A DNA stretch of 61,188 nt from an uncultured Gemmatimonadales bacterium (GTDB taxonomy: Bacteria; Gemmatimonadota; Gemmatimonadetes; JACCXV01; JAHWKZ01): contig CAZUIY010000061.1 in NCBI GenBank assembly GCA_964619975.1, positions 1-61,188 of the forward strand, in the 5' to 3' direction. A program made the position numbers and the translations under genes. The notes below the pieces were generated by a model. The model had not been told where the DNA came from, searched no databases, and saw nothing but the letters and a program-made list of their open reading frames with translations. Numbering within the stretch: position 1 is the first letter of the stretch; every line of letters begins with the position of its first letter. Below are positions 1-8,187 of this stretch, in pieces.

Positions 1-71
1 AGCATCCGAAAGCATTTACGAGTGTGCCACCTGAGCATTATACGCTGTTAGGCGATAGGTCTCTGAGGGTA
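1..71. repeat. Terminal direct repeat, left copy (probably the circular-assembly overlap)
   Basis: Bases 1-71 (agcatccgaa...ctctgagggta) are identical to 61118-61188. Confidence 0.95.
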
Positions 72-504
72 GTAGAAAGTAAATTAAATGTTCTGGTGAT
101 GCCGTGGCTCACTCTACGGCGGATCGTTAGGGCAAAATTAGGAATAGAAAACAATTAGAAATTATGTGGTTAAAATACATTCTGCACAAAATTCCGCTCA
201 TCCATTTCTATGGCAAATGGAAAACTATTCGTAGAGTAGACGGCATACTTGCTGGTAATATTTATGCGTACCAAGAGCGGGATTGCCAGCTATGTGGAAA
301 AGTTGAAAACCGCACAGCGGCACCCCAGTTTTGGACATAATTTCTTTTTGTGCTATTCCGACCGAAGGGAATTTTGCCCTAACGTTATCGGGCTTGGCGA
401 AGGTGGGCTTGTAGGATGCTCAATTTTAGCAGAATGTTTCTGCCCGCTTTTGCCAAACCCGTGTTAGTGGCAGTTAAATTATTAAACAATAAATATATTT
501 TAAA

Positions 505-720
505 ATGAAACACTTTATAGTTATCCAAATGACAATTGAAAAAGAAGAAATTGTCGGTAGTAGTAAAAATACTATTATGCAAAATATAGTAAGACAAATC
601 AAAGCGGAAAGCAAGGAAATTGCTATTGGTAAATTTGTTATTGCTACACAAGATATTAAAGCAATTAAAAAATTAGAGATTGAATGTTACGATTTGTCGG
701 AGTTGAAGTCGGTCGATTAA
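505..720 (+). CDS. Hypothetical protein in an AT-rich patch
   Basis: 71-aa ORF with an A-rich upstream region; no recognisable motif. Confidence 0.45.
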   Translation: MKHFIVIQMTIEKEEIVGSSKNTIMQNIVRQIKAESKEIAIGKFVIATQDIKAIKKLEIECYDLSELKSVD

Positions 721-832
721 TTGCCACTAACTGGTGGATATGCTCCAGTATGGCTAACGGTCTAAACATGAACAGATTAAAATTTCAATATCGGAAATCT
801 CATAACTCAACATTCCGAAAAACAAAAATCAA

Positions 833-1489
833 ATGACATCACAAATCAAAGCCGGAAAGGATCGTGTGATCCTGCGCCCAAAAGAACAAGAGAATAAAAG
901 AGAATCCATAGGCCCACACTCTGCTATCAAAACAAAGAGTGGTCTGTATGTTCCCGTTTACGATCAGAACGAGTTCGAACCCGATGTGTGTGATCAATAC
1001 GCATACGTTGTGGCCGTCCCTGAATCAGCCCGTGAACGAGTGGACACCAATAAATGGAGAACCCACGAGATCATTATCAAAGAAGGAGATTTATGCCTTG
1101 TCACACACAGCCTGAGAAAAAGACATTTGAAAATCGGTTGGCCGGACAAAGAATGTATCTCCATTCCATACCACCACATCTACGCCATTGTCAAAGACAA
1201 CAAACTTATTCCCAACGCTTGTCACAATATTTTGGAGCCTATCTTTGTAGGGAAAGAAGAACACACCGATGAATCAGGAGTAGTTGTTCTCAGCACAAGA
1301 ACCAGAAGTGAATCATTTGCCCGGGCAAAATGGATCAGCCAAAGTTTAAAGGACAAAGGAGTGAAGGAAGGAGATATTGTGGGTCTGGCTCCGGATATCA
1401 ACTACGAAGTAAAGTTTCAACAGAAAGAGTACTTTATTGTCGATACGGATTATGTGATGTGCGTGGTTAATCCTGAAATATTTGAATAA
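833..1489 (+). CDS. Tandem (two-domain) GroES/Cpn10-like co-chaperonin
   Basis: Two GroES-like units: DRVILRP..KTKSGLYVP..VVAVP..IKEGDLCLV..IYAIV, and NILEP..TDESGVVV..GVKEGDIVGL..YEVKFQQKEYFIVDTDYVMCVV. Confidence 0.75.
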   Translation: MTSQIKAGKDRVILRPKEQENKRESIGPHSAIKTKSGLYVPVYDQNEFEPDVCDQYAYVVAVPESARERVDTNKWRTHEIIIKEGDLCLVTHSLRKRHLKIGWPDKECISIPYHHIYAIVKDNKLIPNACHNILEPIFVGKEEHTDESGVVVLSTRTRSESFARAKWISQSLKDKGVKEGDIVGLAPDINYEVKFQQKEYFIVDTDYVMCVVNPEIFE

Positions 1490-1491
1490 AA

Positions 1492-1515
1492 AACGGGGAC
1501 TAATACATCCCCGTT
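1492..1515. terminator. Hairpin terminator between convergent genes
   Basis: AACGGGGA/TCCCCGTT stem between the gene ending at 1489 (+) and the gene ending at 1602 (-). Confidence 0.7.
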
Positions 1516-1601
1516 CGTTCTGTGTAATGGGCTAAATCAATTTTTCAAATCAATATTCCTGCTAATAATCAAAAAAGAAAAAGGCCACGAACTTCAACAA
1601 C

Positions 1602-1820
1602 TTATTTTTTGAAAGAAAACTTTTCGCCAAGTAATTCAATCCTTTGCCCAAGCACTTGCAGATACTCGTTCATTAATCTTGACTGTTTGTAAAGCAAGTC
1701 TTTGTTTTCTCTGTCTAAGTCAACAAATTTTTGCGTTCTCATAAAATCATTTAAGGCGTTTGTTTTTGTCGCCAACTCTTGTGCTTCGTTCAGAAGTCTT
1801 TCGTAAAATGAATTATCCAT
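1602..1820 (-). CDS. crAss001_48-like small coiled-coil protein
   Basis: ERLLNEAQEL..LNDFM..F..L....DLLYKQ...M..YLQVL.QRI pattern; TATATTTG promoter element on the - strand near 1854-1861. Confidence 0.7.
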   Translation of the reverse strand: MDNSFYERLLNEAQELATKTNALNDFMRTQKFVDLDRENKDLLYKQSRLMNEYLQVLGQRIELLGEKFSFKK

Positions 1821-1898
1821 TTTTCGTGGGGTTTAAGTTAGTTAAGTGAAAAGCAAATATAACCAACCACAACCTTCAATCACGGACATTTAACAAAT

Positions 1899-1931
1899 TT
1901 TGTCTATTGTCAATGATATTTCCTATTTTTG
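1899..1931 (+). promoter_or_regulatory. Bacteroidota-type primary-sigma promoter for the glycan cassette
   Basis: TTTG (1899-1902)-N21-TATTTTTG (1924-1931), matching the -33/-7 TAnnTTTG consensus, 26 nt before the ATG at 1958. Confidence 0.65.
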
Positions 1932-1957
1932 ACATCGAATCTTTAACAACCTGAAAA

Positions 1958-2425
1958 ATGACTATCGAACTTACTCCTGTTGACGGCACCGGTGCATTTG
2001 ACCTCAACGAAAACGCATTCATCCTCGCTCAAACAGAGGGAGACAATACACGGGTGTTTTACCGCCACCAAGATACCAGTGTTCGGCAAGAAATCCTCGT
2101 AGAAGAAACCGTTCTGGAAATCTTTGACGAAAGCCAAGCCGATGCTGCAAACATCGTGGCCACAGAAATTATCAAGGACGACATCGTTCACCTTGTAGCG
2201 ATCAACAAGAATCGCGTTGTGAAAATCTTTGATACCGATCCATGCGAGTTTAATTACAACCTTGCCTCTGCTTCGATCAATGAGATTTTGGTACACAACG
2301 GAGACAAGACCTCTTTTGAATCTGATCTTGCCGGAGATTATTCACCAAGCGCCTCCGCAAGTGAATCTCCAAGCGCTTCCGAAAGCGAGTCTGCCAGTGC
2401 TTCTGAAAGTGCATCAGAGAGCTAA
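1958..2425 (+). CDS. Beta-rich protein with a C-terminal Ser/Ala/Glu repeat tail (candidate glycan acceptor)
   Basis: Ends in SPSASASESPSASESESASASESASES; no signal peptide. Confidence 0.8.
   Translation: MTIELTPVDGTGAFDLNENAFILAQTEGDNTRVFYRHQDTSVRQEILVEETVLEIFDESQADAANIVATEIIKDDIVHLVAINKNRVVKIFDTDPCEFNYNLASASINEILVHNGDKTSFESDLAGDYSPSASASESPSASESESASASESASES
2342..2422 (+). repeat. Low-complexity (S-A/S-E)n coding repeat
   Basis: 27 codons with Ser at nearly every second position, using varied synonymous codons. Confidence 0.85.
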
Positions 2426-2435
2426 GACCTAACAC

Positions 2436-2975
2436 TTGACTGTTAAAGATCGAATAGAAGAAGTTATCTCAAATGGCGCGACAGGCTCTTTCCCCGAGTA
2501 CCACGCCATTTGGGATGATATTCGAAAATCAAGGAAAAAAGTAAACCTTCTGATTTTTGGGGTCGGCCACGACGCATTGCTCTGGAAGGAGTGTAATAAA
2601 ACCGGAAAGACCCTCTTTATTGAAAACAATCCAAAACTGGCCAAGCTTGGAAAAAAGTTAGGATGTCAGGTTTCCGGAACCGCGTACAACAGCAGAAAGC
2701 TATCGAAAGACAAAATCCATCACCCTTCTATCCTGGCTCTGAACTTAGGTAGAGAAGTCGAGAACACCGAATGGACACACATCTTTGTTGACGGACCAAA
2801 ACAAGAATGCCACGGCAGAATCAAGTCTATTTTCAATGCCTCTCGATTGGCAGGGAAAAATACGATGGTCTACGTAAGTAATTACGACAGGAAATCAGAA
2901 AAACTCTACACCGATCATTTCTTAAAAGTCAAAAGTGTAGTTGACCGATTAGCGGTATGTCAAAAACGGACGTAG
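2436..2975 (+). CDS. DUF579 (IRX15/GXM-like) SAM-dependent polysaccharide O-methyltransferase-like protein
   Basis: NLLIFGVGHDALLW..N..GKTLFIE..WTHIFVDGP..GRIKSIFNA..VYVSNYDRKSEK parallels the DUF579 motifs FGLGHDS..W / VF.E / DV.MVD.P / GRM.AI / VFVHD..R..E. Confidence 0.7.
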   Translation: MTVKDRIEEVISNGATGSFPEYHAIWDDIRKSRKKVNLLIFGVGHDALLWKECNKTGKTLFIENNPKLAKLGKKLGCQVSGTAYNSRKLSKDKIHHPSILALNLGREVENTEWTHIFVDGPKQECHGRIKSIFNASRLAGKNTMVYVSNYDRKSEKLYTDHFLKVKSVVDRLAVCQKRT

Positions 2976-3673
2976 TTTACACCATTGGTCGGTCCTGTAA
3001 TTGGGGTGATTTTGATGAACTCCGATACTCTCTACGATCTTTAAGTCTTTTTACCAGTATCGGACAAGTCTTTATAGTAGGACACAAGCCAGAGTGGGTT
3101 CAGAATGTCATTCACTTACCGCTGTCGGATCCATACAAACACAACAAGGATGCGAATCTCAACAACAAGATAGTTCTGGCTTGCTGTGACCAAAGACTGA
3201 GCGATCAATTCATACTCATGTCCGATGATCAGTATTTCCTGCAACAAACATCTACCGGGGAATTACGACCAGTTATAAGCAACAACTCCCACAAGCCAAA
3301 AAGCAAAGATCAGTGGAATCGCAGAATGACCAGAACCCTTAAACATCTCCAAAAGCGCGGACATTCAACAAATGTTTTTGAGGCACACTGTCCTTATTTG
3401 CTTGAAAAGGCAAAATATCCATCGATTGTTTTGGACTATTGCTTTGGTGAATCAGTTGGAATGTGTGGAAACACACTGTACTTCAACACCCTTGGAGTAA
3501 AAGGAGAGCCGAATAAAAACTATGTCACGGGATCAGGACGACTTGCTACACTACAGGAAATCACTAAAAAAGTCAGTGGATTCAGATTTTTAAACATCAA
3601 CCACGGAGTGAACGATGATCAGAAACAATTCCTTCAATCCAGGTTCCCAGAAAAAAGCCAATATGAAATCTAA
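2957..3673 (+). CDS. Stealth-family-like sugar-phosphotransferase
   Basis: DVVYT (CR1-like), DELRYSLRSL..FIV (CR2-like) and FILMSDDQYF (FIL.NDD-like). Confidence 0.65.
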   Translation: MSKTDVVYTIGRSCNWGDFDELRYSLRSLSLFTSIGQVFIVGHKPEWVQNVIHLPLSDPYKHNKDANLNNKIVLACCDQRLSDQFILMSDDQYFLQQTSTGELRPVISNNSHKPKSKDQWNRRMTRTLKHLQKRGHSTNVFEAHCPYLLEKAKYPSIVLDYCFGESVGMCGNTLYFNTLGVKGEPNKNYVTGSGRLATLQEITKKVSGFRFLNINHGVNDDQKQFLQSRFPEKSQYEI

Positions 3674-4280
3674 TGGACTTTTCACTGGTAAAAAAGTTGT
3701 TCTCATAGGTCCAGCCCCACACATTACTGAAAAATTTCAAGACTTTTCTGATTACGACCTTGTGTGTCGTATCAACCTACAGGTTCATATGCCTGATGTT
3801 TTAAAAAAATACACAGGCGACAGGATTGACGTGTGGTTCCCTACCGACAAAATGATCCGGGACAACCATTCATGGGCAGAGTATGATCACGTTAAAATTG
3901 TCAGGGTAGGTGAGAGCCGAAAAAGATACTTCACCAAAGACACAAGACACAAGTTTTCCCGCATGAATGGGTTTCTAAGCCAAGTCCGTCGAGAAATAAA
4001 ATGTGAGCCAAACAGGGGTATGAAAGCAATAATAGATATATGTATGGACCGGCCATCGGAGCTATACATTACTGGATTTACATTCTATCAAAAAGATGTT
4101 GCGTACTACGATAATTACTGTCCTGCCTCCGGGCAACAAAGAATCTCGAAATCAAAAGGAGATGTGGCCAACCACAGGCAACGGCCTCAAATCAAATATT
4201 TCATTGAGAATATACTTCCGTTAAAGTTTGTGAGAATCGATCAGGAGCTTCGGGATGTCGTTGATCAATTTGATTCGTGA
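3663..4280 (+). CDS. GT29 (sialyltransferase-like) glycosyltransferase
   Basis: L-motif-like KKVVLIGPA..DYDLVCRIN..YTGDRIDV, S-motif-like PNRGMKAIIDI..ELYITGFTFY, and VS-like H....QIKY. Likely start is the ATG at 3663, overlapping the upstream stop. Confidence 0.65.
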   Translation: MKSNGLFTGKKVVLIGPAPHITEKFQDFSDYDLVCRINLQVHMPDVLKKYTGDRIDVWFPTDKMIRDNHSWAEYDHVKIVRVGESRKRYFTKDTRHKFSRMNGFLSQVRREIKCEPNRGMKAIIDICMDRPSELYITGFTFYQKDVAYYDNYCPASGQQRISKSKGDVANHRQRPQIKYFIENILPLKFVRIDQELRDVVDQFDS

Positions 4281-4723
4281 TATTCCAGAGCAAGTTTAGC
4301 CTTCAGTTCAAAAAAAGCCTTCCATTGCCGTCCGTGTTCCCCCTCTAAAAGTTCAGACTTTCCTTTGTTGTGGTAGTTGTCGTGCATCGCTAGGGTTTTC
4401 AGTACAATGTTTTCGGGGTTCAACTTGTACTTTGGATAGGATCCTTTTGGAAGGACGTGGCTGAAGCAGCACAGCCATCGCGGAAGATTCTTGTCTGGGC
4501 TTTCGGTTATGGTTTTTCCGCTGATTGCACACACATGAGCACGTTCAGCCCATATATCGTAGAACAACTGTAATTCACCGGCAGGTTCTTTTTTGGTTTC
4601 TGCCTTTCTTTTGCGGAGCCTGTTTTGATTCCCCTGGTGGCAGTATTTGCGGTCAGAAATCTTTTTGACGATCAACCTTTCTTCTCCGTGGCAGGTGCAA
4701 ATTCCTTTTTTGTATTGGATCAT
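4265..4723 (-). CDS. HNH/NinG-Ref-like putative nuclease
   Basis: CAISG..FSHVLPKGSYP..ENIVL..HDNYH pattern. Confidence 0.55.
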   Translation of the reverse strand: MIQYKKGICTCHGEERLIVKKISDRKYCHQGNQNRLRKRKAETKKEPAGELQLFYDIWAERAHVCAISGKTITESPDKNLPRWLCCFSHVLPKGSYPKYKLNPENIVLKTLAMHDNYHNKGKSELLEGEHGRQWKAFFELKAKLALEYHESN

Positions 4724-4926
4724 TGCCCGAAATTAACAATTTTCAACAATTTAGGTGCCGGACAATGATTAACTTTGGATTTATGAACTTCGACCATCAC
4801 AGAGGCCAACAGCTAAACGACCATCTTCGAATCTTCGATTGTGAGTGCGAAGGCGACGAATTCTGTGAGGTCTGCGATCCTGCTGAGTATCTATTGAGGC
4901 GGGAGGAAGAAAAATATAATATGTAA
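4723..4926 (+). CDS. Small Cys-containing hypothetical protein
   Basis: CECEGDEFCEVCD cluster; the start may be the Met at 4765. Confidence 0.45.
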   Translation: MPEINNFQQFRCRTMINFGFMNFDHHRGQQLNDHLRIFDCECEGDEFCEVCDPAEYLLRREEEKYNM

Positions 4927-4937
4927 AACCAATCACT

Positions 4938-5183
4938 ATGAAAACGACAATCATCCTACTGTTCTCTATTTTTATGTTCTCCGGAACCCCTGAACCCACT
5001 TTCTGCGACTGTTGGCCGGAAGGCTACAAGGAAGGCTGGTGCTACCATCAAGGAAACTGGTGCGCACAGGCCACATGGACACCGCATTGCCCATACCCTG
5101 AATACGGAAAGGACAAATGCAAAGATGGGTATAATCGGGGATTCAAGAAAGGTGAGGCTGATTACAAAGAAAGGAACTGGTAA
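4938..5183 (+). CDS. Small secreted Cys-rich protein
   Basis: MKTTIILLFSIFMFS signal peptide, six Cys, and GYKEGW / GYNRGFKKG repeats. Confidence 0.65.
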   Translation: MKTTIILLFSIFMFSGTPEPTFCDCWPEGYKEGWCYHQGNWCAQATWTPHCPYPEYGKDKCKDGYNRGFKKGEADYKERNW

Positions 5184-5188
5184 TCAAG

Positions 5189-5575
5189 TTATCCCGAAAT
5201 TTCTATTTCCGTAAAATTGTAAGCCAATAGTTTCTGCATTGCAACCTTTGAGTTGGTCACGTCAATATTCCCGTCACCATCAATGTCTGCATGGGTTAAT
5301 CCGGGAGCAATACACCCTCGTAATTGACGAACGAAATTTGCAGGATGCACAAGAATTTCAGATCGTCCAGGAACATTTTGAATCCAATAACACGGGCCAA
5401 ACTTCGGTGATGTGTGCTTGATCATCGAATAGGTTCCGGCGGGTATGCAGCTCACACTTGTTTGATTGTTTTTCCACGGTAATTCCAGACTTGGAAAGGT
5501 TGCGCCGTCCGGACATTCGAAAAGGCCAAGTGTTTGTTTTCTGTCGTCTGACTTTCTGAAAAGTAATAGTTTCAT
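5189..5575 (-). CDS. DUF5675-family putative endolysin
   Basis: TLG..LELPW..N..SCIPAGTY..NVPGRSEILVHPAN..LRGCIAPG signature; next to a holin-like gene. Confidence 0.8.
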   Translation of the reverse strand: MKLLLFRKSDDRKQTLGLFECPDGATFPSLELPWKNNQTSVSCIPAGTYSMIKHTSPKFGPCYWIQNVPGRSEILVHPANFVRQLRGCIAPGLTHADIDGDGNIDVTNSKVAMQKLLAYNFTEIEISG

Positions 5576-5973
5576 GGTTTTCTTATTTTATCAGCAAAGC
5601 AACCTTCAGGACATACGGATTGCGCTCTATCTATTTTATCTGTCAGTTCCTGTATTTGCCTGTTGAGTTTCGCTATTTTCTGACCGCAATCTGCTTCTTG
5701 AATAGAATGGCTTTCTACTTGTTTGCGCTGTCTTTCTTCGAGTATTTCCATACGCTCGATCAACTTCTTTCTATTGGCTTCCATGTGGTCCAATTCGGAT
5801 CTGTATCTCTCGATAATATGGTCCTCGTTTTCGATTTTTGCTGCCTGAATCCTGACTTCAGCTTCTTTGACTTCCACTGGATGTTTTGCCTGGTAACGCA
5901 AATATCCCATCACTCCGCCTACTGATCCGAGTAACCCTGCTGCTCCTGCAATAACAATGTTAATCCACTCCAT
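5572..5973 (-). CDS. Putative holin (N-terminal TM plus coiled coil)
   Basis: Hydrophobic N-terminus WINIVIAGAAGLLGSVGGVMGYL; stop overlaps the endolysin start. Confidence 0.55.
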   Translation of the reverse strand: MEWINIVIAGAAGLLGSVGGVMGYLRYQAKHPVEVKEAEVRIQAAKIENEDHIIERYRSELDHMEANRKKLIERMEILEERQRKQVESHSIQEADCGQKIAKLNRQIQELTDKIDRAQSVCPEGCFADKIRKP

Positions 5974-5999
5974 TTTCCTTGTTTTTACTGGTTAAATAA

Positions 6000-7202
6000 T
6001 CACTGAGGGTACAGTTTTACTTTTTTATCGTGAATAATTGAAGGATGTCGCACCTGTACAGCGTTGTCACTGATAATAATTCCTTCTTGTCCTGTTTTGT
6101 AGGCTGGTCGTGCCATGAGTGATATTCCTCTTGATCCGATAGCGCTTATATCGTTTCCTTCCAAGTAGGATATGTTTTTAGGAACAGTTCCATCCCAAAC
6201 ATTTCGGGTAGCTGGGTTTTCAGCTCCCTGCGCAGGTTGGTTGAACACCCATTTTATGCTTGCCTGTGATTTAAATGATCTCGCAGACCAAGGAATGTAT
6301 GTAAGATTATCGAAATAAACCTGACCGATATTTCCTTCAAACTCTAAAACAGGCACGTCGTGAATCTGGCTGTATAGTTGGCTGATATAGGTGTTCGGGA
6401 AATTCTTGACATACATCAAAGCCTTGGTTTCGTTATCACCGGTTTCAATATGCGCCCTGATGATATTGATAGTCCGAACAGTCGTGCTACCACGGCTGTC
6501 TGCGTAGATGCAATACTCCGGAGCAGAACCTTCAAATATTGGGTTCTCCATTGTGAATCCGTCTGACCCTTGAATCCGTGCCTGGCAAATTTGAAATGGC
6601 CGTCCGTAATGCCAGCAATCTTTTGTTCCGGATCTATTGGATTGGCTGTTTGAACTCGTGGAATTGGAGAACCATCTGTCGTTGTTTGGCTCGTAAAGCA
6701 CACCCCATTCATTCATCAGCGTTCCGTCAGACACCCCCGATCGGTAACAAAAGTCTTCTACAACATTGAATTGGAATTGTGTGTTTTCAATTTTACATTG
6801 CTGCGCCCACACTCCAAGCACACCACGACCACATAATTCAAAGGCACAGTTCGAGATCACACTACCTCTTTGAGCCGCCTGAATCACTGCGTTTCTTCCA
6901 CCGCGAAAAACCACTCTGTCAATATCAAAACGACACAGGTATTTGGACGCGTTGTTTGCATCACTCGAACCATCTATTTTCATCCCTTGCAATGAAGGGT
7001 CAGGAGCAATCCCATCAATATTGCCTTGGATTATTATTGTACCGTTAAAAAGTCTATACCTGCGGGAATTTGTCCCCAATCTGTAGTAAATCGTCTGATC
7101 GATATGCCATGTCCGACCTTCGAGATCAAAGTCAGCCATTCGCTTATTCGATGCATGGGCTTCGTCAAACTTTTCTTGTAGAATCTCGCTATCTGTTTTC
7201 AT
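6000..7202 (-). CDS. Right-handed beta-helix (pectate-lyase-like) protein; candidate tailspike/depolymerase
   Basis: N-terminal D...LQ..FD.A motif; repeated beta-helix rungs (IDRVVFRG, ISNCAFE, IENTQFQ, MENPIFEG). Confidence 0.6.
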   Translation of the reverse strand: MKTDSEILQEKFDEAHASNKRMADFDLEGRTWHIDQTIYYRLGTNSRRYRLFNGTIIIQGNIDGIAPDPSLQGMKIDGSSDANNASKYLCRFDIDRVVFRGGRNAVIQAAQRGSVISNCAFELCGRGVLGVWAQQCKIENTQFQFNVVEDFCYRSGVSDGTLMNEWGVLYEPNNDRWFSNSTSSNSQSNRSGTKDCWHYGRPFQICQARIQGSDGFTMENPIFEGSAPEYCIYADSRGSTTVRTINIIRAHIETGDNETKALMYVKNFPNTYISQLYSQIHDVPVLEFEGNIGQVYFDNLTYIPWSARSFKSQASIKWVFNQPAQGAENPATRNVWDGTVPKNISYLEGNDISAIGSRGISLMARPAYKTGQEGIIISDNAVQVRHPSIIHDKKVKLYPQ

Positions 7203-8187
7203 TGATGCTGTTTTTATCTGCTTGCTGACCCAAAATATTAAACCCCTGAACCGAAGATATTATTTGAACATTTATATGAATTGCGTTTGAGAACTTTGAG
7301 GACGATGCCACCATGTAGTAACCACTAGTTTCGACTCGATATGTGTTTCGGGTTGTTCGGGCTATTTCCGTCCACTCGTTATTTTCCAATCGAAACACAG
7401 CCCAATCAGTCAGGGTTTCACCCGTCCAAAACAAGTCAAGCCCTGAATGGGTCAATACTGCAGTAGTGTTCAATGGTTGCTGGCCGCAGATATTGATAGT
7501 CCCCTCACCGAACGATGTAATGGGCCCATATTCCGCGAATCCTGAAATCATAATCACGACTTCAGTGCCGGCAGGAAATGGAAATGTAACCGTCCAATCC
7601 TGTTGCGTGGGGTCGTATGGGTCATTGTACACTGACGGGTATTGCCCGAGATCGTGCCAGTACTGGATTAGCGGAACGGGGTCAGTGCACGGCGAATCGG
7701 TGCAGTTATCAATTGTTGGTGACGTGCCGGGATTACAGATACACCAAACCGGCCAATTAGGACAACTTGAAGCTGCTACCCAATTGGTATTATCACATCC
7801 GCCTACGCCTATCTTCCACAGTAGTCCGTCGTAGGGTCCGTAGTTACCGATATTCCCCGTGCCGGTGCTGTAATTACTCTGAATGTCCATTGCGTAAATA
7901 CCATCTTCAGGCACGGTGAACGCGAAGAATTTAGGCGCGTAGTGAACATTACCGCCGCAGCAAGTCGGGGACGTAGGGTGTTGCAAAACGCACTCAAAAT
8001 GGTTCTCGCAATTATAGTTGTCAAATGCTACGGTTACGCAATTAGATAGGTTTATGGCGGTTTCACAAGTATTGTTCGGGCATTGAGCCGTAGCCGACCT
8101 TACGCAATGTGAAAACATACCCGCCAATATAACCAGCGTTGCCAGCAAATCCACCGACCATTTTGCTCTATTTGAATTTACCATCAC
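7189..8187 (-). CDS. Secreted Cys-rich beta protein with a partial T9SS C-terminal-domain-like tail
   Basis: Signal peptide cleaved before Gln (SATA|QCPNNTCETAINL), multiple Cys pairs, C-terminal FNILGQ. Confidence 0.65.
   Translation of the reverse strand: MMVNSNRAKWSVDLLATLVILAGMFSHCVRSATAQCPNNTCETAINLSNCVTVAFDNYNCENHFECVLQHPTSPTCCGGNVHYAPKFFAFTVPEDGIYAMDIQSNYSTGTGNIGNYGPYDGLLWKIGVGGCDNTNWVAASSCPNWPVWCICNPGTSPTIDNCTDSPCTDPVPLIQYWHDLGQYPSVYNDPYDPTQQDWTVTFPFPAGTEVVIMISGFAEYGPITSFGEGTINICGQQPLNTTAVLTHSGLDLFWTGETLTDWAVFRLENNEWTEIARTTRNTYRVETSGYYMVASSSKFSNAIHINVQIISSVQGFNILGQQADKNSINENR

Noticed and set aside
1-71. 71-bp repeat as a biological direct terminal repeat
   Set aside because: It is exact and short and cuts through a predicted RNA structure, so a k-mer overlap from circular assembly is more likely.
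430-830. AT-rich patch as a mobile element
   Set aside because: No terminal repeats or transposase; at most a small recently acquired ORF.
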